Assembly: GCA_036338695.1 (NCBI GenBank)
Contig: JAYZBQ010000071.1
Coordinates: 1 to 26,974, forward strand
Reading direction: 5' to 3'
Length of the DNA stretch: 26,974 bases
Source of the DNA: Myxococcota bacterium
GTDB taxonomy: Bacteria > Myxococcota > UBA4151
The notes under the pieces were generated by a model, which was not told where the DNA came from, ran no database searches, and was given only the letters and a program-made list of their open reading frames with translations. A program made the position numbers and the translations under genes. Positions 26,574 through 26,974 of the stretch are shown here, one piece after another. Within the stretch, counting starts at the first letter, position 1, and each line of letters begins with the position of its first letter.

Positions 26574-26974
26574 CAATCTTTCTCCACGGGACGACGCTCT
26601 CGCGTGCCTTTCCAGAGGTCGAACGGCAAGAGGCGTTCGCGCGCTTTAAAGTTTCGTAGCAGCGTCTCCTGCTCCGCATCAGGACCTGCGTCGCGACCAC
26701 CACTCCGGCTTGCAGCCCCGGCGCCCTCCGGACCCGCATCGCCATCCTCCGGCGGCGGTCCACCGTCTCGCCCTGCACCGAGAGCAGGCGGCGGTCCCGC
26801 ATCGAGCCCCAGTGAGCCCGAGCCCCTCTGCTGGTCTTGGTCGCCCTGCTGGTCCTGATCGCCCTGCTGGTCCTGATCGCCCTGCTGGTCTTGGTCGCCC
26901 TGCTGGTCCTGATCGCCCTGCTGGTCCTGATCGCCCTGCTGGTCCTGATCGCCCTGCTGGTCCTGATCGCCCTG
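26570..26974 (-). CDS. BatC-like (or BatB-C fusion) protein, C-terminal part (5'-partial; not in the ORF track)
   Basis: Open frame from the window end: (QGDQDQ)n...DAEQETLLRNFKARERLLPFDLWKGTRERRPVEKDW*. A Gln-rich linker with terminal KDW is typical of the gene preceding batD. Confidence 0.75.
   Translation of the reverse strand, partial: QGDQDQQGDQDQQGDQDQQGDQDQQGDQDQQGDQDQQGDQDQQGDQDQQRGSGSLGLDAGPPPALGAGRDGGPPPEDGDAGPEGAGAASRSGGRDAGPDAEQETLLRNFKARERLLPFDLWKGTRERRPVEKDW
26828..26974. repeat. 18-bp tandem repeat, at least 8 copies (CTGCTGGTCCTGATCGCC)
   Basis: 8 full units (26828-26971) plus 3 nt. Units 1 and 4 carry the synonymous variant CTGCTGGTCTTGGTCGCC. Encodes GDQDQQ on the minus strand and runs off the window end. 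Confidence 0.97.

Noticed and set aside
26828..26974. Repeat array considered as CRISPR
   Set aside because: Head-to-tail 18-bp units without spacers, in frame within a CDS, and no cas genes nearby.

Overview
High-GC bacterial chromosomal segment, most consistent with Myxococcota/Deltaproteobacteria (inferred from the L3 motif GTHEYFRHGGSIG, an atp operon lacking atpB/atpE, an MXAN_5187-C-terminal-like protein, DAG-rich linkers and a myxobacterial-type FHA protein). It is mostly housekeeping. Left to right: partial ABC-2-type permease, Cys-rich lipoprotein, stand-alone rplC with terminator, rlmE, small lipoprotein, metallophosphoesterase coupled to a divergent Dph5/tetrapyrrole-methylase-like ORF, amidase, Zn-ribbon protein, TPR protein, putative OM beta-barrel, TauE/SafE transporter, MXAN_5187-CTD-like protein, atpF'FHAGDC, rpsF-rpsR-rplI with an S6:S18-type leader, K+-dependent (probably Na+-pumping) pyrophosphatase, tRNA-Gln-prs-rplY-pth, and a batC(partial)-batD-batE-bamD-FHA operon. 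The window ends inside an 18-bp coding tandem repeat. No mobile element, CRISPR array or defence system was seen. The best leads are the Dph5-like protein, a defensin-like module in the Cys-rich lipoprotein, a Cys-less BamD coupled to bat genes, and the orphan rplC. All family calls come from motif recognition, not from database searches.
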